Notes: a model not told the origin generated them from the letters alone. 64,000 nucleotides of DNA from Balanoglossus misakiensis (GCA_040954595.2 CM082584.2:9319061-9383060); one strand, 5' to 3'. Shown: positions 26,515 to 40,521, counted from the first letter of the stretch. Translations and numbers: made by a program.

Positions 26515-29500
26515 TTAGGACTGTGCCTGAATCTGTTGGTTCTGACCTCCCGGGAAGTAGGCACTGACAAGCGGGGGCTGGGTGGAGATGGGTTTGCCGC
26601 CGAGCTTGGGGACGATGGCAGCTTGGCTGAGCCGCAGGGTGTTGGGTTGGGGCGGGGTGCTGGAACGGCTGGTTGCGGTGGACGTCTGGTGTGGTTGCGA
26701 AGACCCCTGCAGGCTGCCCAGTCCCCGAATGCTGATTACATCGTCTCTCTTTGTCAGGTACTTGGAATCAATGACTGGATCTCTGTGGATATATGACAGT
26801 GAGTGAGTGAGCGAGTGAGTGAGCGAGTAACAGAGAGAGGCTCTCAGAGAGTGAGGGGAAGAAAAATCAACACTGGTGCACTTTTTCCTGTGGCCACCAT
26901 ACTTTCCATGGTAACACTCAGACAGAATCTACATGCATTGTATTATGTGACTGTATACTTTTAAACTTTATATTAATAAGGGGGAAATCTTACTGTTCTT
27001 TGGAGGATTTGCCATCGATTGGAGGCGTGGCCGACCTGTGGATCACTGGTGAGATTTCTTCCGGAATAGTCGACACAGTTTTGGCAGCCGGCACAGGAAG
27101 ACCACTCCGTCGAACAGGCAATGGATTGTAATGCACCTGTGCAGAAAACAAAAGGGTGTTTCTGAATGTTCGAATGGCTTTGTGGCAGCACACTTTTTTC
27201 GTGTTTGCCACCCATTGAAAATCTTTGATTAGCTTTTGTAGAGGTCCAACTTTACCATAGAAAACAACAGATTTGGGCCAAACCATGGTGAAGAATGGGT
27301 AAAAGTGGCAACATGGGACACAAGACAAGCAACAGAAACAACTGGCCAGGACATGACACGACACAACATGACATGTTACCTGCAACTGTGTCTGGCGTGG
27401 TCTGATTGAGGTGGGAATCTGTTGCTGTTGGTGGTGGTGGTAGTGTTGATGCAGATGTGAGTTTGACAGATACGCAGCGCTACCTGCAGCACCACTACCA
27501 CTATTGCTGCTGCTGCATGTCAGATGGCTAGCCGTACTGTGGTTCATACCAGGGCTAGTGAAATGCAGCTGAAAGGCAGATGAGCAGAGGTGGGGGAGAA
27601 GATAAAAAAAAGAGAGGAGACAGACACCTTGTTAATCCCACAGTGCAACCAACGCAAGGAAATGGAGAGGGGAAGATTAAGGATGTGAATTGCTTAAACA
27701 CAGTTCCAGGTTTTGAGTCAAAAACCCATTGAACGTAGTGAGCATTCTCTAAGCCCAGTCGGGAGAAAATTCCACAAGATGATCGGAACACTTTTTTCCA
27801 CAGGACTTACCATGGCTGGCGGATTGACTGTTGGCTTGAAGGCGCTGGTCGTGGATGGCATTTCGAATGTGCCGTGTCTCTGAGTTAGCTGGACCTCATT
27901 CACCTGTTTGTTCAACCAGTTGATCACTTCAAACATGAAAGAAGAGAGGGGCATGTGAGAAACGTCTATCATAATCTTTTAGCAAATCAATTGTCAGACT
28001 TGAGAAGTAAAATGTCCTTTGCACATGAAAACCATAACAGATAAAAACACTTACCATTTTCATTTGTTTTCAGCAGTTGCTTGCTCTCTTCTAATTTTTG
28101 CATGGTGCTTTCAAGGGACTCGCTCAGTTTCTTGTTCTGTGAAAGAGTCCATAAAAGAGGATAGAAACATTTAGACAGTGTCGCATGGTGGCGCTCTCCA
28201 TGATTTCTGATGGCTGGCACTCGCGTCTCACCAGTCAGTGGAAAGAAACAAGAAAGTCATGTACAGATTTGTATATGGCATTTCACATACCTCTTCCTCT
28301 TTTGTTTTAAGGTTATCCTTCAGAAGGCGGAGTTCTCCACTCTGTTTTTCATTCTGCTGTTCTTTTTCACTAAGCAGCTTCTCCTGTTGCGTAGTCACTG
28401 TGTTCTTCAATTTCATCTGATATGACAAAAATAAAATTTAAATTTTGTTTAAATGACAATGAGTCTGAGTGTCAGTGGTTACTACTGCAGGTTTCAAATT
28501 CTTATTCAATTCCAAACACAGTAGTCTGTAAATTTTTGTCTGTAAAAATCCACTATGTATTGTGTAATGCATTTGTGTGCGTGTGACAAATTTGTTTCCT
28601 ACCTTAGCCATGGCAGCCTTCAAATCTCCCTGCAATCGCTTGATAATTTCGTTTCCCTGGAAGACAGCAAAAAAATAATATAATGGAATTAATAATCGTT
28701 ACTTCAGACAGATTTTCTTTCTTTCTTAAATAAGAAGTTTGTGAATCACTTGTCTATGCTCTCAAGTCCTACATGGAGACTGTCTACAAGAAATAAAAAG
28801 CATACACTACCTTGATGACTTCATCCGAGGATGTCTTGACAGTTTTCTCCAGCTTGTTATAGTGAACAACTTTCTGTTCGAAACTCTCCTCAATCTTCCT
28901 CTGCGAAAATTCACGGAGACAAAAACAACAACAAAATGTCAAATTTAATATGATTAGTGCAAGTAAGCACAAAGCACTAGTGTTGCTTAAACCCTTCCAC
29001 CATCATGGTTCAGTCCAAACTCAATGTTTTTCGATGGCAAGGTTGAACTACAAAAGAGGGAACTGGGGGTGAAAGGGTTAAAGCCCACATTCACTGCAAA
29101 GCTCTTTGCATCTTCTTCCCACTTCTTCTGTCTAATATACTCTCTGAACTCTCCTGATTAAACAGTAAAGTGAAGTAAATAAGATAGACAAAAATGTTCC
29201 TCTGAGGGACGCAGGTTTACCTTTTGTTCCTGTGCAGCGTTCAGAAGATCCGTTGTCCTGGCGACCACGTGATCTTTATCCTTGACTTCCTGCTCCAAGA
29301 CGGCAACTCTGGTGCGCAGCTGGTTAACAGACTTGTCTCTGTCGTGACACTCAGTGTCCAGACTGTTGTTCTCCCGTCTCAGATTCTGCAGGTCTTGTTT
29401 GACTCTCTCACATTCCTGGCAGAGAGATCAACCAGGCGAAATAAAGGGGTCAGAAGTTGAACTACAAAACTGTCACACCAAGGATGTAAGCTCACCACAA

Positions 29501-32369
29501 GCACATATGATTACATTGAGAGTTGCTGGTATACCACCTGTTTCCAATAATCTGAAGAGAGGGTATAAAATTTAAAAAACTGGCTCTGGCAAAATAACTT
29601 ACCTCTAATAGGGTATTGTTTTTTGACTGCAATTCCCTGATTGTAGCTTCAGATTTGTATTTCAGGTCTGTCAAGTCCTAAAAAAAGAAGAAACATATGA
29701 ACTTGTCTGATGACAAAAAATCTCAAAATAAATTTCGAAGTTCAACTGAACATCACAAATAGCATATGTCCCCTGGATAACAGTCAGGGTAAAAGGAAAA
29801 TCTACTACATGTACCTTGTTATTTGATTCGAAATCTGCCAGTCTGGTTTCCAGTTGTTCCAATGTTCTGCGATGACTCTCGATCATTTCATTCCTGTGGC
29901 TTTCATACTTCTGTTGTATATCTGTCTGTGCCTACAAGGGAACAAACGAATACGAATGTGACTGAATGCTGCAAATGCAGAGAGGAACATTGCATGTACT
30001 ATATATGCATGCGTGTGTGTGTTTAGGTATGTACATGTATTACTTTTCATAACACTGTTTCTGTGGCCAAGAACATTTTCTTGTATTTTTCTATCATTTC
30101 CATAATTAGGTATTGTGTGTCAAGGGTACTGGGTACTATCTTTTTTTTTACCTGTAGAGCTTTTTCCTTGTGAGCTGTCATTTCCTGTGCATGTTTGGCA
30201 GTTAGATTGCTGGCCTTGGAGCCCCACTCAGCTCTCATATTGTCCAGTTCGGCAGTTCTCTCAGAGAGTGCCTAGATGGAGGGGAGACAAACAAATGATT
30301 GAAATATGAGTAATGTTGAACTGCGGTGACTGATAAACCTTGACATCTTGAATTGTTAATATTACAAGGAAACATGTACACCTACTGGGGATTTAACACA
30401 CAATAAGCAGTGTGCCCATAAATCAAGCAAATTTTCTTTCATTACTAGACGTACTCATATCTTACCTCTTGTGTTTGTTTGAGTCTGTGGTTAAGCTCAC
30501 TCTCAGTGGCTTCTAATCGGTTTTCCAAAGCGCATTTCTCTTCCTGTAAAAACACAGATTTATTGCGATATTTTCCCATTATTTGCATGGAGTCATTGAC
30601 ATTAAGAATATCATAAATACAGTTATCATGCTTTTGGGACTTATATACTAAAAATATTTAATACATAAAACATGGATGGACTGTTTGTCATCATTTGATG
30701 TGTACTGTAGAGGAAATATCACCTTCAACTTTTTGAGACAAGAAGCCAGATATTTCTTGATGTCGGAATCATTTCCAGGAATGAATTTCAGAGAGAGATG
30801 GGTAAGGTGTTTGAATGGATTGGTCTCCACAACATTCAGATTGGCAATCCCACGGTCTATGCTGCCAGACGTCATCAGCTGAAGAAGAAATCTGTAGGAA
30901 AATAGACTTGCAGTTATTGAGTGTACTTTAGCACTGAGTGGAAAATTTGTTTTCGATTATTACTCTCTTTGTATAAAATGCCATATTTCTATGCTATTTC
31001 TATTTATGGGAACCGTAGGGAAAATTGCTTTCAGTTTTAAGCACCAATGAAGACTAGGAAGTGCAGCCAGATCAAAAAGCTTTCAGGAAAACTGCTGTAC
31101 TTACTTTGGAGATTCCTTGGTCTCTTCTTGAAGACACAGATCCAGTAAATCTATGAACTTCTGCGGAAAAGCTGTGAAGTCTACCAGTAAACCTTGCTGG
31201 GCTTTTAAACTGAAATTAAGGTAAGTTATGTGCTTAAATTTCATATATGTGACTCTATTTTTTATTTAGCTGTTAGATCTGGTTAAATCATACATAGTCT
31301 TATTCAGTCCCTCTCTGTTGTCCTTATACATGTAAGAAGAAGATGAACCTGGAGTTGATATCTTTGACTTACCTTTGAAAGTCTTCATCGCCGATATTTA
31401 GTGAGTACAAGAAGTATGGATCACTTTCATCTGTAAGACGCACCACTAAATCCTGTCAAATAGTACATGGGAAAAGTTTATCAAGTAAAAGTGAGACTTT
31501 GGCGCACTGTAGAGAAACTGTCAAAAATAACTCTCAATTTTCTACCACAAACGTGCCAGCATATGATATGTTTGCAGAATCATACTGACCTTTTTATGCA
31601 GAGGAGTGGTCACTGTTTGCAACTCCACTGTCACTTTGATATGAACTCTCTTTCTGCAAGATTGAAAGGGTTCAAATGTCCATATTGGAATTGATTATGA
31701 CTTATGTTGATTAGTTTGCACACAAATGTGATGAATGTTGTCTTCATGAACAATCAAAATGATTTCGTATACTAATTGAGTTCAGAACATGTAATAATAT
31801 GCCTTCTCAGACTGGAAAAAAAAGTGTTACGTGCTGAGTATTGCAATAAAATGATAACGGAAAAGTAGGGATGACCATGTTAACAACTAAAACGTGTCGT
31901 TGAGTGTTGGCCATGTTCATGTCGGTTTCTTCAGGTTGCGAGAATCGAATATCTGACGTGTTCATCAACTAGTTATTTCCAAACTGAATGTTTCTTGTCA
32001 ACATCTACACTGTACATGGACGTCCTCGCACAGAGGCCTGGAAGTATTGGTAAATTTGCAAAAGGGCGACACTGAAAGGCGAAACGATGTCACAAATTGA
32101 ATGGAAAACACGTTGTGACCCATACCAACACAAAACAACACCACACGATTGGCCTCGGTACCCTGTCAAGTCAGCCAGCTTGTGAGACACTCTTTCGACA
32201 GCAAGAAATTCCATTCAGTGACATTAAAAGGTGCGCTCGAATAGTAAGTGTTGGGTCTGTTTCCGAACAATAAATAACATCTACACCCGAAAGCGTGTAC
32301 TCACGAATCGTCTCTATCCGAAGCCTTCACGGTTACAGCCAACGTTCGATTGAACAGCTGTTCAGCCAT
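26515..32369 (-). CDS. SASS6: Spindle assembly abnormal protein 6 homolog (centriole cartwheel), ~711 aa, 18 exons
   Basis: Exons: 32305-32369, 31590-31653, 31373-31452, 31105-31209, 30723-30891, 30466-30543, 30152-30271, 29815-29931, 29603-29677, 29221-29415, 28811-28900, 28603-28656, 28291-28416, 28055-28136, 27811-27926, 27380-27568, 26994-27136, 26515-26782 (2136 nt). Head-domain motifs [40 protein letters not shown] and [16 protein letters not shown], then a long coiled coil, [11 protein letters not shown] and a C-terminal SAYFPG. Confidence 0.96.
26798..26828. repeat. (GAGT)n microsatellite near the acceptor of the last SAS-6 exon
   Basis: Read directly. Confidence 0.85.
27236..27303. 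mobile_element. Same MITE family, truncated copy 3
   Basis: agaggtccaactttaccatagaaaacaacagatttgggccaaaccatggtg matches the interior of the other copies. Confidence 0.6.
28987..29081. mobile_element. Same MITE family, copy 4
   Basis: ttaaacccttccaccatcatgg...gggggtgaaagggttaa. Confidence 0.7.
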
Positions 32370-32577
32370 CTTCGCTCCGTCACCGAAATCTGGGCTGAAA
32401 GACACTGTCTACCAGTCAACCTCGACAAGATCGAAGAAAATCACACTAGCAAAATAAAATACCACAATAACTGCGAGTATCTAGGGTTCTTTTGGTGACC
32501 ACAAGACCTTTGCAACGTGGAAAAAAGTATTCGTAAACAGCAAACTCAATGCTCCGTTGACTTCTACAATATTTGAG

Positions 32578-32617
32578 TTTGGCGCTTGTCATGACATGTA
32601 ACGACGAGTATAATTGG
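32578..32617 (-). promoter_or_regulatory. SAS-6 upstream E2F-type site (TTTGGCGC) and CCAAT box
   Basis: TTTGGCGC at 32578-32585 and ATTGG at 32613-32617, about 210-250 bp upstream of the ATG. This fits a cell-cycle-regulated gene. Confidence 0.45.
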
Positions 32618-33380
32618 TTTATGGTGATCACGTGGTAGACGCCCTCTCGAGGCGAGTGAGGAAATCGGATTTTGAAAAAAAAATGTGTGGAATATTGTGA
32701 TGATTTTAACAGTTTGTTTTATTGAACATTACTGTGAACCTGCGGTGACTAATAAAAACAAGCATTTCCATGTAGGCCTAGTACTATAGTATTTTATTTA
32801 TTAAAGTGACATGTAACGTCACATTAAAAGCACAAACATAATTATAATGTCGCAAAATTACAAAGTGAGTGATCAACCTGGCCTATCGGGCTTATAGTCG
32901 CTCCAAATAATATATTAGCTATTTTCAGCTGATTTTCATATATTGACAACTTGACAAGTCCGGATTCATAGACTGACTAAAGTCTCCTATAGAATATGTT
33001 ACTTCCAAAGTAATTTTTGTGAATGTCGCTCATTAAAAATGATTATGTTGGTAGTTTTTAAACATGCTTTTAATAGTTCTCAACCCATAATTCTTGCACT
33101 ATATGTATTAGATTTTGTTGACAACGAATAACTACCATGGACTTTACCTTAATTTTCTGAAATATACCACTATTCAATTCATTAATATACAGTCATACTG
33201 TAACTCAGTGTCGATGATTCATGTTGCTCGTTTTCTTCTGCCATCTGTGGATGATCATACATGTCTGTCACCATTACTACGAGCAGTCCATCGAAGTCAA
33301 CCGGTAACTATTACCATGGTTCCTATCATGGCACAGAAACTCTTCTGAGGACTAACTGTGATCCTAGCTCGACTCGAGTG

Positions 33381-33818
33381 TTAGGAAATTTGCTGACGTG
33401 CGCCCGCAACAGTTGTCTTGAACAATTTGTCCAGGAAGACGGAGAAGCGAAGCATTTCCCAGTGATAGCTGGTTATTAGATCTTTGCAAATGTCATCCAC
33501 TTTTTGTTGGTTAACCGACAACATTTTATGTCCTCTGAGGTCACGAACGATTCCAGCAAAATCTTCGAGTTCACCAACACTCCAGGCATACACATTTCGT
33601 TTTTCGTAAAAATCCAACAGATCTTGAACTGTCTGGCATTCTCTTAACTCATTTTCAGAGTCCGCGTTTTCCGCGAAGCAGCTAGCTGCCCTGGCTTTTT
33701 TTCTTTCAACTAGTGTACTCTGGAGGGTGAGTGTTCTGTGACATTTTGGTTTGTAGCGAACTAAGTCTGTTTTTGGCAAAATTGCATCCAGATCGCATAT
33801 GGGGGGAAGTTAAAGCAT
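33381..33818 (-). pseudogene. Death-effector-domain-like (death-fold) ORF remnant or orphan exon
   Basis: About 142 open codons preceded by ATG-CTT-TAA. ENELRECQTVQDLLDFYEKRNV...ELEDFAGIVRDL resembles DED helices 3-5. A second helix-1-like segment RFSVFLDKL is followed by stops. Recognised by eye only. Confidence 0.4.
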
Positions 33819-35094
33819 AACTAATTTAAAGTTTCACTTCTTCAGTATAGGTTGGTCGAGGAACAACATAAAAAAGCGCCCCCATCAGACGACTATCCAT
33901 TTTCCTTCATTTAAACCACGAAATGAAATGAAAGGGACTGGTAACAGAAGATAGACCAGCTGCGCATACCATATCCTCCTTTAATTTTTTACAAGAAATC
34001 CGCAAAGTGAAATGCGTGGGCACTCCCCCCCCCCCCCGAGAATCAATCACTGCACTGCCCTAGAAGTGCGCCGTACACTCAAAAGTAATTCATGATATTT
34101 GGACGAATCCCAGCTGAATGCCGACAAGCGTTCTTCTACTTCAGCGTACTTGTAGGGTTTTAATTAAAGGAATAATTACCCTCTTCACTCAGCGCGTCAT
34201 TCAACGCAATATTGGGGAGAATTTCACGACAGATTCCAGAGTCGACGTTGATTTATGAATACTCCCGACCGGTGAAACGATAGCAACTTTGGCCCTTTAA
34301 ATTTCCGATATCAATTGTTTCCTCTCTCTTCCCGTAAATTATGATATATTGGAGATCGAGTCCCAACACAAATGTATAAACTTCTGGTTACATATACGCA
34401 GTGGACGCATCCAGTCTGCTGGGGCCGATGACGTAGACCATATTACGTTTCATTCTAAACAGACTCTTGTGAATGTATTGATGTCGAGTTGGTTTCGTAT
34501 GTTGGATGACGGGAAACTAAAACTCTCGTCTGTTTGGCCGCTGGTGCCTTCATATAAAGCACTACTAGTATTTGACGGGTGAAGCAAACGAGCGTCCAGT
34601 CGTGGAGGCGTTTGACATTTTCACTCGGCAGTATTTCCAAGAAACAATTGACGAATATATGGCGCTGTAGGAATCGCTTGTCAACCGCAGACGAATGAAC
34701 TTTACACCGCCTCGCCTCACAGATGTCAATCAAGGCACAACTTGGACCAGTTGACTTTTGAATGCCGGAACAAAAGTCAGTTGCCCCGGACAGGGAGTAT
34801 AATTACAGAGGAATTGGTTGCGGGAACTTCTCCCTGAACATAGAACACCCGCTAGTGACGAACTTTCACAGCGTAGGCTGCTTCATATATATTACTGTAC
34901 GCTCTGGAAAGAACGCCCATGTAGTTGACAGTTATTTACAGCTGGTGAACAAGTCACCGCGTGTTTCGGTGTCGATAAAACCCAAAACAACACTATAGTG
35001 AGCATCGTGAGTGATGGAGAAGAAAACTTTATCAACATAGAGTTTCTGAGCGGACACTTCTATATCACGTTTGCGTTTAACAACACAACTTGAA

Positions 35095-38000
35095 ATGTCA
35101 CTCGTCAGTGGGACAGGGATATCGCGCTCTGGTATAACGACTTTGACATGTTTATTGTCCGTGTTGTTTTGCAGCACTTTTCAAGGAATTACTGGCGAAG
35201 GTGTTCCCAACGCTGGGTCGCCACGCCCCGTCGCACCTGTATCAGTCCATACCGCGCCACAAGAACTGGACGCTGTCTCTTCGACAGCGCGATCGCTCGA
35301 CGCCACATCAGACCCTGAAACCGGACCAGTTTCAGAGCAGGCTGACCTTCATCACGATACGGCTAACTTTGCCGAGGTCAATAATTCAGAGATTGGGTAC
35401 ACCAGGAGCGTTAAATCGTGTGATCTGAGTGTTGTCGGTGAGAGTGCGGGGAAGCTCACTCCCGCACCCGCTTGTAATACAAGCCAGACCGAAAAGCGCA
35501 CGCGGAAACGTGTGAACAATATGCCTACCCAGAGCTCCGAAATGGACGCCGCCGCTGAAGCAACACCTGAGAGCGAGGGTGAAGTTCTTCGGCCAGAACC
35601 GGAGCCAGCCCCCGAGAGCGAACCAGAGCCCACGGCGGGACCAGAACCAGAAATAGGCATAGCCGCTGAGCCAGCCCCTGACTGGGACCAAGCGTTTACC
35701 ACATGGTCCCACGCGTGGGGGGTACATGTCTACGGTTTTGGCACCCTGTACGCCTTGCTGGCAGTCGCGTGCCTGTGGACAATCGTTCGGTCCTACAGGA
35801 GGAAGGAGGACGCGGCTGCAGCCTACTGTACGTGTGTCCGTGTTCTCTTGGTGATCTTCTGCCTTACGCGGTGTCTCTGCCTGTACACGGACGCCTACAA
35901 CTCGCACAGCACTTTGCCGTCCTTAGCCTACACTCTGATGTGGATTGTAGGTGAGCCATGTTTTCTCTCCGCTTTCACCATCTATTTCCTGGTCCTTCGC
36001 GAGGCGACCCAGTTTCAACCCGGCCGAAGGAAATTTCGCGTCAACCAGGCCAGGTTTCTGTTCGGGGTCGTCAGCGCCCACTTCTTGGTGGCCGTCCTCA
36101 CCCCGGTCGTGTTTTACTACACCATCAAAGTTGGCACCGTGATGCAGATAATTTGCGGCTCGTACTACATGGTGGTTGGCGCTGGAGCAACTATCTGTTT
36201 CGCCTACTTGGCAAAGAAGCTGTACGGCCCTCTCCAGCGGATGAGAACCGGTAAGATTCAGAAGACGACGTTGGACAAAGACAAAAAGGTGCTGTGGAGG
36301 ATTCTTCTGCACATATATCTCTTAATAATTTCAGGTGAGTAAAACAAATTGAATTCACGAACATCATTTAGGCCAAAACACTCCCACCTTCTTTCATACT
36401 AGAAACTTTACTCTTTTCAAAATGAAAACCGGACTTTCTTTCACCGTTCCACGCTGCCAACGACAATAACATGTTGACGATTAACTATTGTTCATCATGT
36501 TTTAATCTTTGGCCGTCACCAAGGGCAATTTTAAAAAGAAGCGCAGCAATGCTGGTAAAAATAAAAGGTTCGATGTGAAAGGTGGAGAGGAAAATCACAA
36601 ATTACGTCCAGGTTAGGTGTCTCATTATCTTCTCTCTAAACCGCAACGTTCTGATTTTTTTCTTCGCATGTTAGATGTTGCACAGGAGTGCTCTAATGGT
36701 GTTTATTCCGTTCCACAGAATTTATTGCAGTTATTGATTATTACATCACCGCACGAATAGTCCATTTCGCATCACAATCGATACGTTCCGCACTGCATTG
36801 GAGGATTTCCGAGACAATGGCCTTCATTACGGTTCACCCTATCTGGCCATGCACTTGTTTAGCACATTGTCATTGAGATTGGGGAATGTGAATACAGTTC
36901 AATGGCAGTCACACGCTATTATTAGCCAGTTACGTGCCACCGTGAAAAGATATTCCGAATAATTAAAACTTCTCCTTTCACTTTCTTTGTCAACAAACTT
37001 TTAAACACTGCGTTTTCGACGTTCACCATTATACGAAGAGTAATGTGCTGTTTCCGCGTAACTGACGTAGTTGACATAGCGATAGTGATTACCCATGCAT
37101 GACAACACACCGAGGAAAATAAGTTTAATGATGGTCGCAGTTTTTTTTTATCTCTCTTCATTTTCACTGTGATATTCCTCATCAGAAAATATGCTTGTTG
37201 TCTACGGTGTCAACTTTTGATCACTTGTTATGTGCACATGTTGTAATCTGCCCGCATAAAACATGGTTGATTTCATGAGAGTAATCAATCTTGTCAGCAT
37301 CATTATACGATCATACTGCCTGGGTAAGTGGTTGGGCATCCGGACTGCTTGCTTGAGATCAACAAATGCGGTCTAGCTGCACCACAGATTAAAATTTACG
37401 AGGCCATAGCTGCACCAGCACAGGCCAGGCACCTGCGAATTACAACAACCTATACAGTTGAAATGGTCCACGTTATTTCGGGACACGTGCACCATGTGAA
37501 GGCTTGTGTTTTAAGCCCGAATATAGCAAGACTTGCCCAAACATGGTATCCCTTAAAAAACACGCCTTTTTAATCATAAATAATCTCTCAGTGTCTTCTT
37601 CTGGGTGTCCTTCATGTGGTATTGTAAACGTTGACATTGACAAACATGTTGACAGCTCCGCTGTGAGAACACGGGAGCTAGAAACCGCAAGGACGAATAT
37701 ACTTTGGATGTCGTTCGCTTCGTGACGTGAACACTGAGATCGCATGCCTTATAAATTCAATATCCGACATTCAGGACTCCCTTCATTACTGCGGGGAGTC
37801 TCAAACATCAGCACAACGACACGGGCTTACTAGTATTACAACCATGTACGGCTTCCGTACGCAGTGTAAGGGACTACCCTTCCGTTCATGCATAGAAGGG
37901 ACTTCGGTCACGAAGTAAAAGTCTCGTTTCCGTCTTTCCTTTTACGGTATACCCTTTGATTACAGTCTATCCTCCAAATAAAAGACATTATATTAAGATA

Positions 38001-39483
38001 GTTTCTCCTACTTCTGCAAAAACGTTTGACGCGAGTGTGCACAAATGGCCCGAGAAACGGAAATACGACCAAACAATTAGAATCTGCACAAATTCTGAAA
38101 GGTGTCGTCCGTTGGCTAAAGATAAGGAGAAAGTTGAAGTATTTTACTGTTAAAATTATAGCAACTGTTGGGATTTCAACCACTGGAATGGGTAACTTTA
38201 TAATACCCCCCCCCCCCAATAAATCATCAACCTTCCGATTCCATTATTTCCAGGCGTTCTCATCTGCGTCTTGCACCTGTACGGGATGTTGGGCGTGTAC
38301 GGCGTTCTGAGAGTGGGAACGCGGAATAACTACGTTCAGCCGTGGCCGTGGTGGGCTTACCAGTCGGTAGCCAGATGTCTGGAGTTATTTGTGGCCGTCG
38401 TTCTATTCCGGGCCGTGAACAACAATCACAAGGTAAGGGCGTCGTCGCATCCACCGTATACGAAAGTTGTTCGTTCATGGCAGAGAGAGGAACTCCAGTT
38501 TCAAGTACATGTAACTACTAGTATTTTGTTAATGTTAAAGCGTTTAATGTCCTCTTCGAAAGGCTAATAGTGAACGAACTTTCACCCTTGTGACTTATTT
38601 TTGACGTCCGCGCACTTATTTTTGTCTCCCATTAACTGTTATTTATGGGCTACCTACTATCTGCCCACTGAGATACGGTGAAATGTCAGGCTCCCATGAT
38701 CCCCAGCTTTCGCTATCGCTCCAACGGCCATACATATCTCATTCGGAACAAAGAATACACGTTTTTTATTCGCACGGGAAATTGCTAGGTTTTCTTCCGT
38801 CTCATATTCTGACATTTTATAATCCTACACCCCCCCCCCGGAGATTGGTTTACTCCTGATCATCTCTTCTATCAGTTTGGCATTTAGCATTGCTGGAAAA
38901 ACTAGAAAGCAGACTGCAGATAAAATTACACGTAATATGTATGTCAGATTAAAGTCAATTCAGGGAATATGTCAACGGCCGGAGAGATTTAGAAGACATT
39001 GGATTTTTTTAAAGCAGAGACTAACATCTAATTTCTCGCCATTAAAAATCAACGAAATGCGATAAATCGACTCATATTTACATGACGAAGATATTTTTCA
39101 TTTTTGTCTCTGACAAATATGAATAATTTAAGTTGTACGACCAGGACTGAAATCAACGTGAACACGGCACGCGCAAAATGTTTGCCGTCATTGTGTGAAT
39201 CTTCATGGAGGTGTACATTTTTTCTCTCTTCTGCTTTCAGACCAAAAAGAAAGTACAGAGTGTGCGCAGTAGACTTGATTCCGGCAACGCCAACAGTACG
39301 TCGTTGACCAGTAAAGAACATGCGTACAAGGTTGGTGCATCCGACACGAAGAAGATGGAAAGCGGGATCGACAGCGGCGATTGTACGGGTTGCAAGTGTT
39401 CGGAGGACTGCCTCGTGCAGTCGACGTCCTCACAGACTGGCGGAGACGGTGAACTCGGTCCCGACCACGTCTGTCCGGTCTGA
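35095..39483 (+). CDS. Proline-rich transmembrane protein 3/4 (PRRT3/PRRT4)-like multi-pass membrane protein, ~553 aa, 3 exons
   Basis: Exons 35095-36334, 38254-38432, 39241-39483 (phases 1, 0). Signal peptide, Pro/Glu-rich ectodomain ending EPAPDW, then WGVHVYGFGTLYALLA, RCLCLYTDAY, LHLYGMLGVYG and PWPWWAYQSVARCLEL; about 7 hydrophobic segments. Confidence 0.88.
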
Positions 39484-40521
39484 TGGGGGATAGACGACGC
39501 CTTCATACGGCGAAGGCCAATGCTCTAACTTTCGCTATGGGCATTTGCAGTGAAGACGAATTTCACACGCATTGATGCATGTATTGCCGGTGTGCTCGGT
39601 TTGTGAAAATAGTGCAGTCAATTGCAAGATGTTCTGAAAACTCTCTGCCTAAACATGGTCTAATTGTTTCCTTCCACCCAAACTCCGGCATTTGAAGACG
39701 CTATCAGTACTGCGTGATACGCTACTGGGGGACTCACTGATTTACAGTCAAGTCATTCTCGAAAACACAGCAATCAAGGGTTCAGCTGAAACGACTCCAA
39801 ATGATTCGATAATACGCGTGCCACTGATATCAGTTGCATGCATGGTCCCAAGTAGGTCACTTGGGGGCAATACGGGAATCACAGTAAAGTTCTTTACTTT
39901 GAGCGGTCAAAAAAACCTGAGAGTGACTAGATCTCAACTTCCCAAGAATGATAAGTGTGGCTAAAATTAGCTGACCCGTTTTCTGTAATCTCTCGGCTGT
40001 CACCGAATATCGTCACAGATAGCCGATGACGTGTTACAAGTTGTAGAGTATCCATAGAAACACAAGTTATCTGTTCTCATTTGCTTCGGAAATATGACCC
40101 CTTTTTTTCAATTTCTCGGCTGCGTGATAGCCATGGGGAAAGCATCAAAACTTTTGCACCTGGGTTCTCATGCAATGTAATGACTGTACCTACATCCGGG
40201 CTTTCAAAGATAGTGAAATAACACCGCGAAAAAGTGTACTGAACCAAACAAGTACTTTTTTGCTCGGCCAAACTAGACAGCGCATATTTGGCAGCAGATT
40301 TCTGTTCTGTATATCAAGTTAATGTTTTAGCCTCGCCACTTTTTTAGTCAAATTAATTACAGTACTGTGTCTGTGTATAATTATACTATTATAGCGCCAT
40401 GATGTGAACTACATTCTGTGTCCGGTCTTATGTCCAGCTGGAAAATCATTTCATTGTTTTCTGACGTGAAGAACAGTTGCCAGGGGGCGCTGTACAGGTG
40501 CTCAGTCAGCTGGAGCGGCCA

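Noticed and set aside
35201-36312. Overlapping and antisense ORFs across PRRT-like exon 1
   Set aside because: They are shadows of a GC-rich coding exon.
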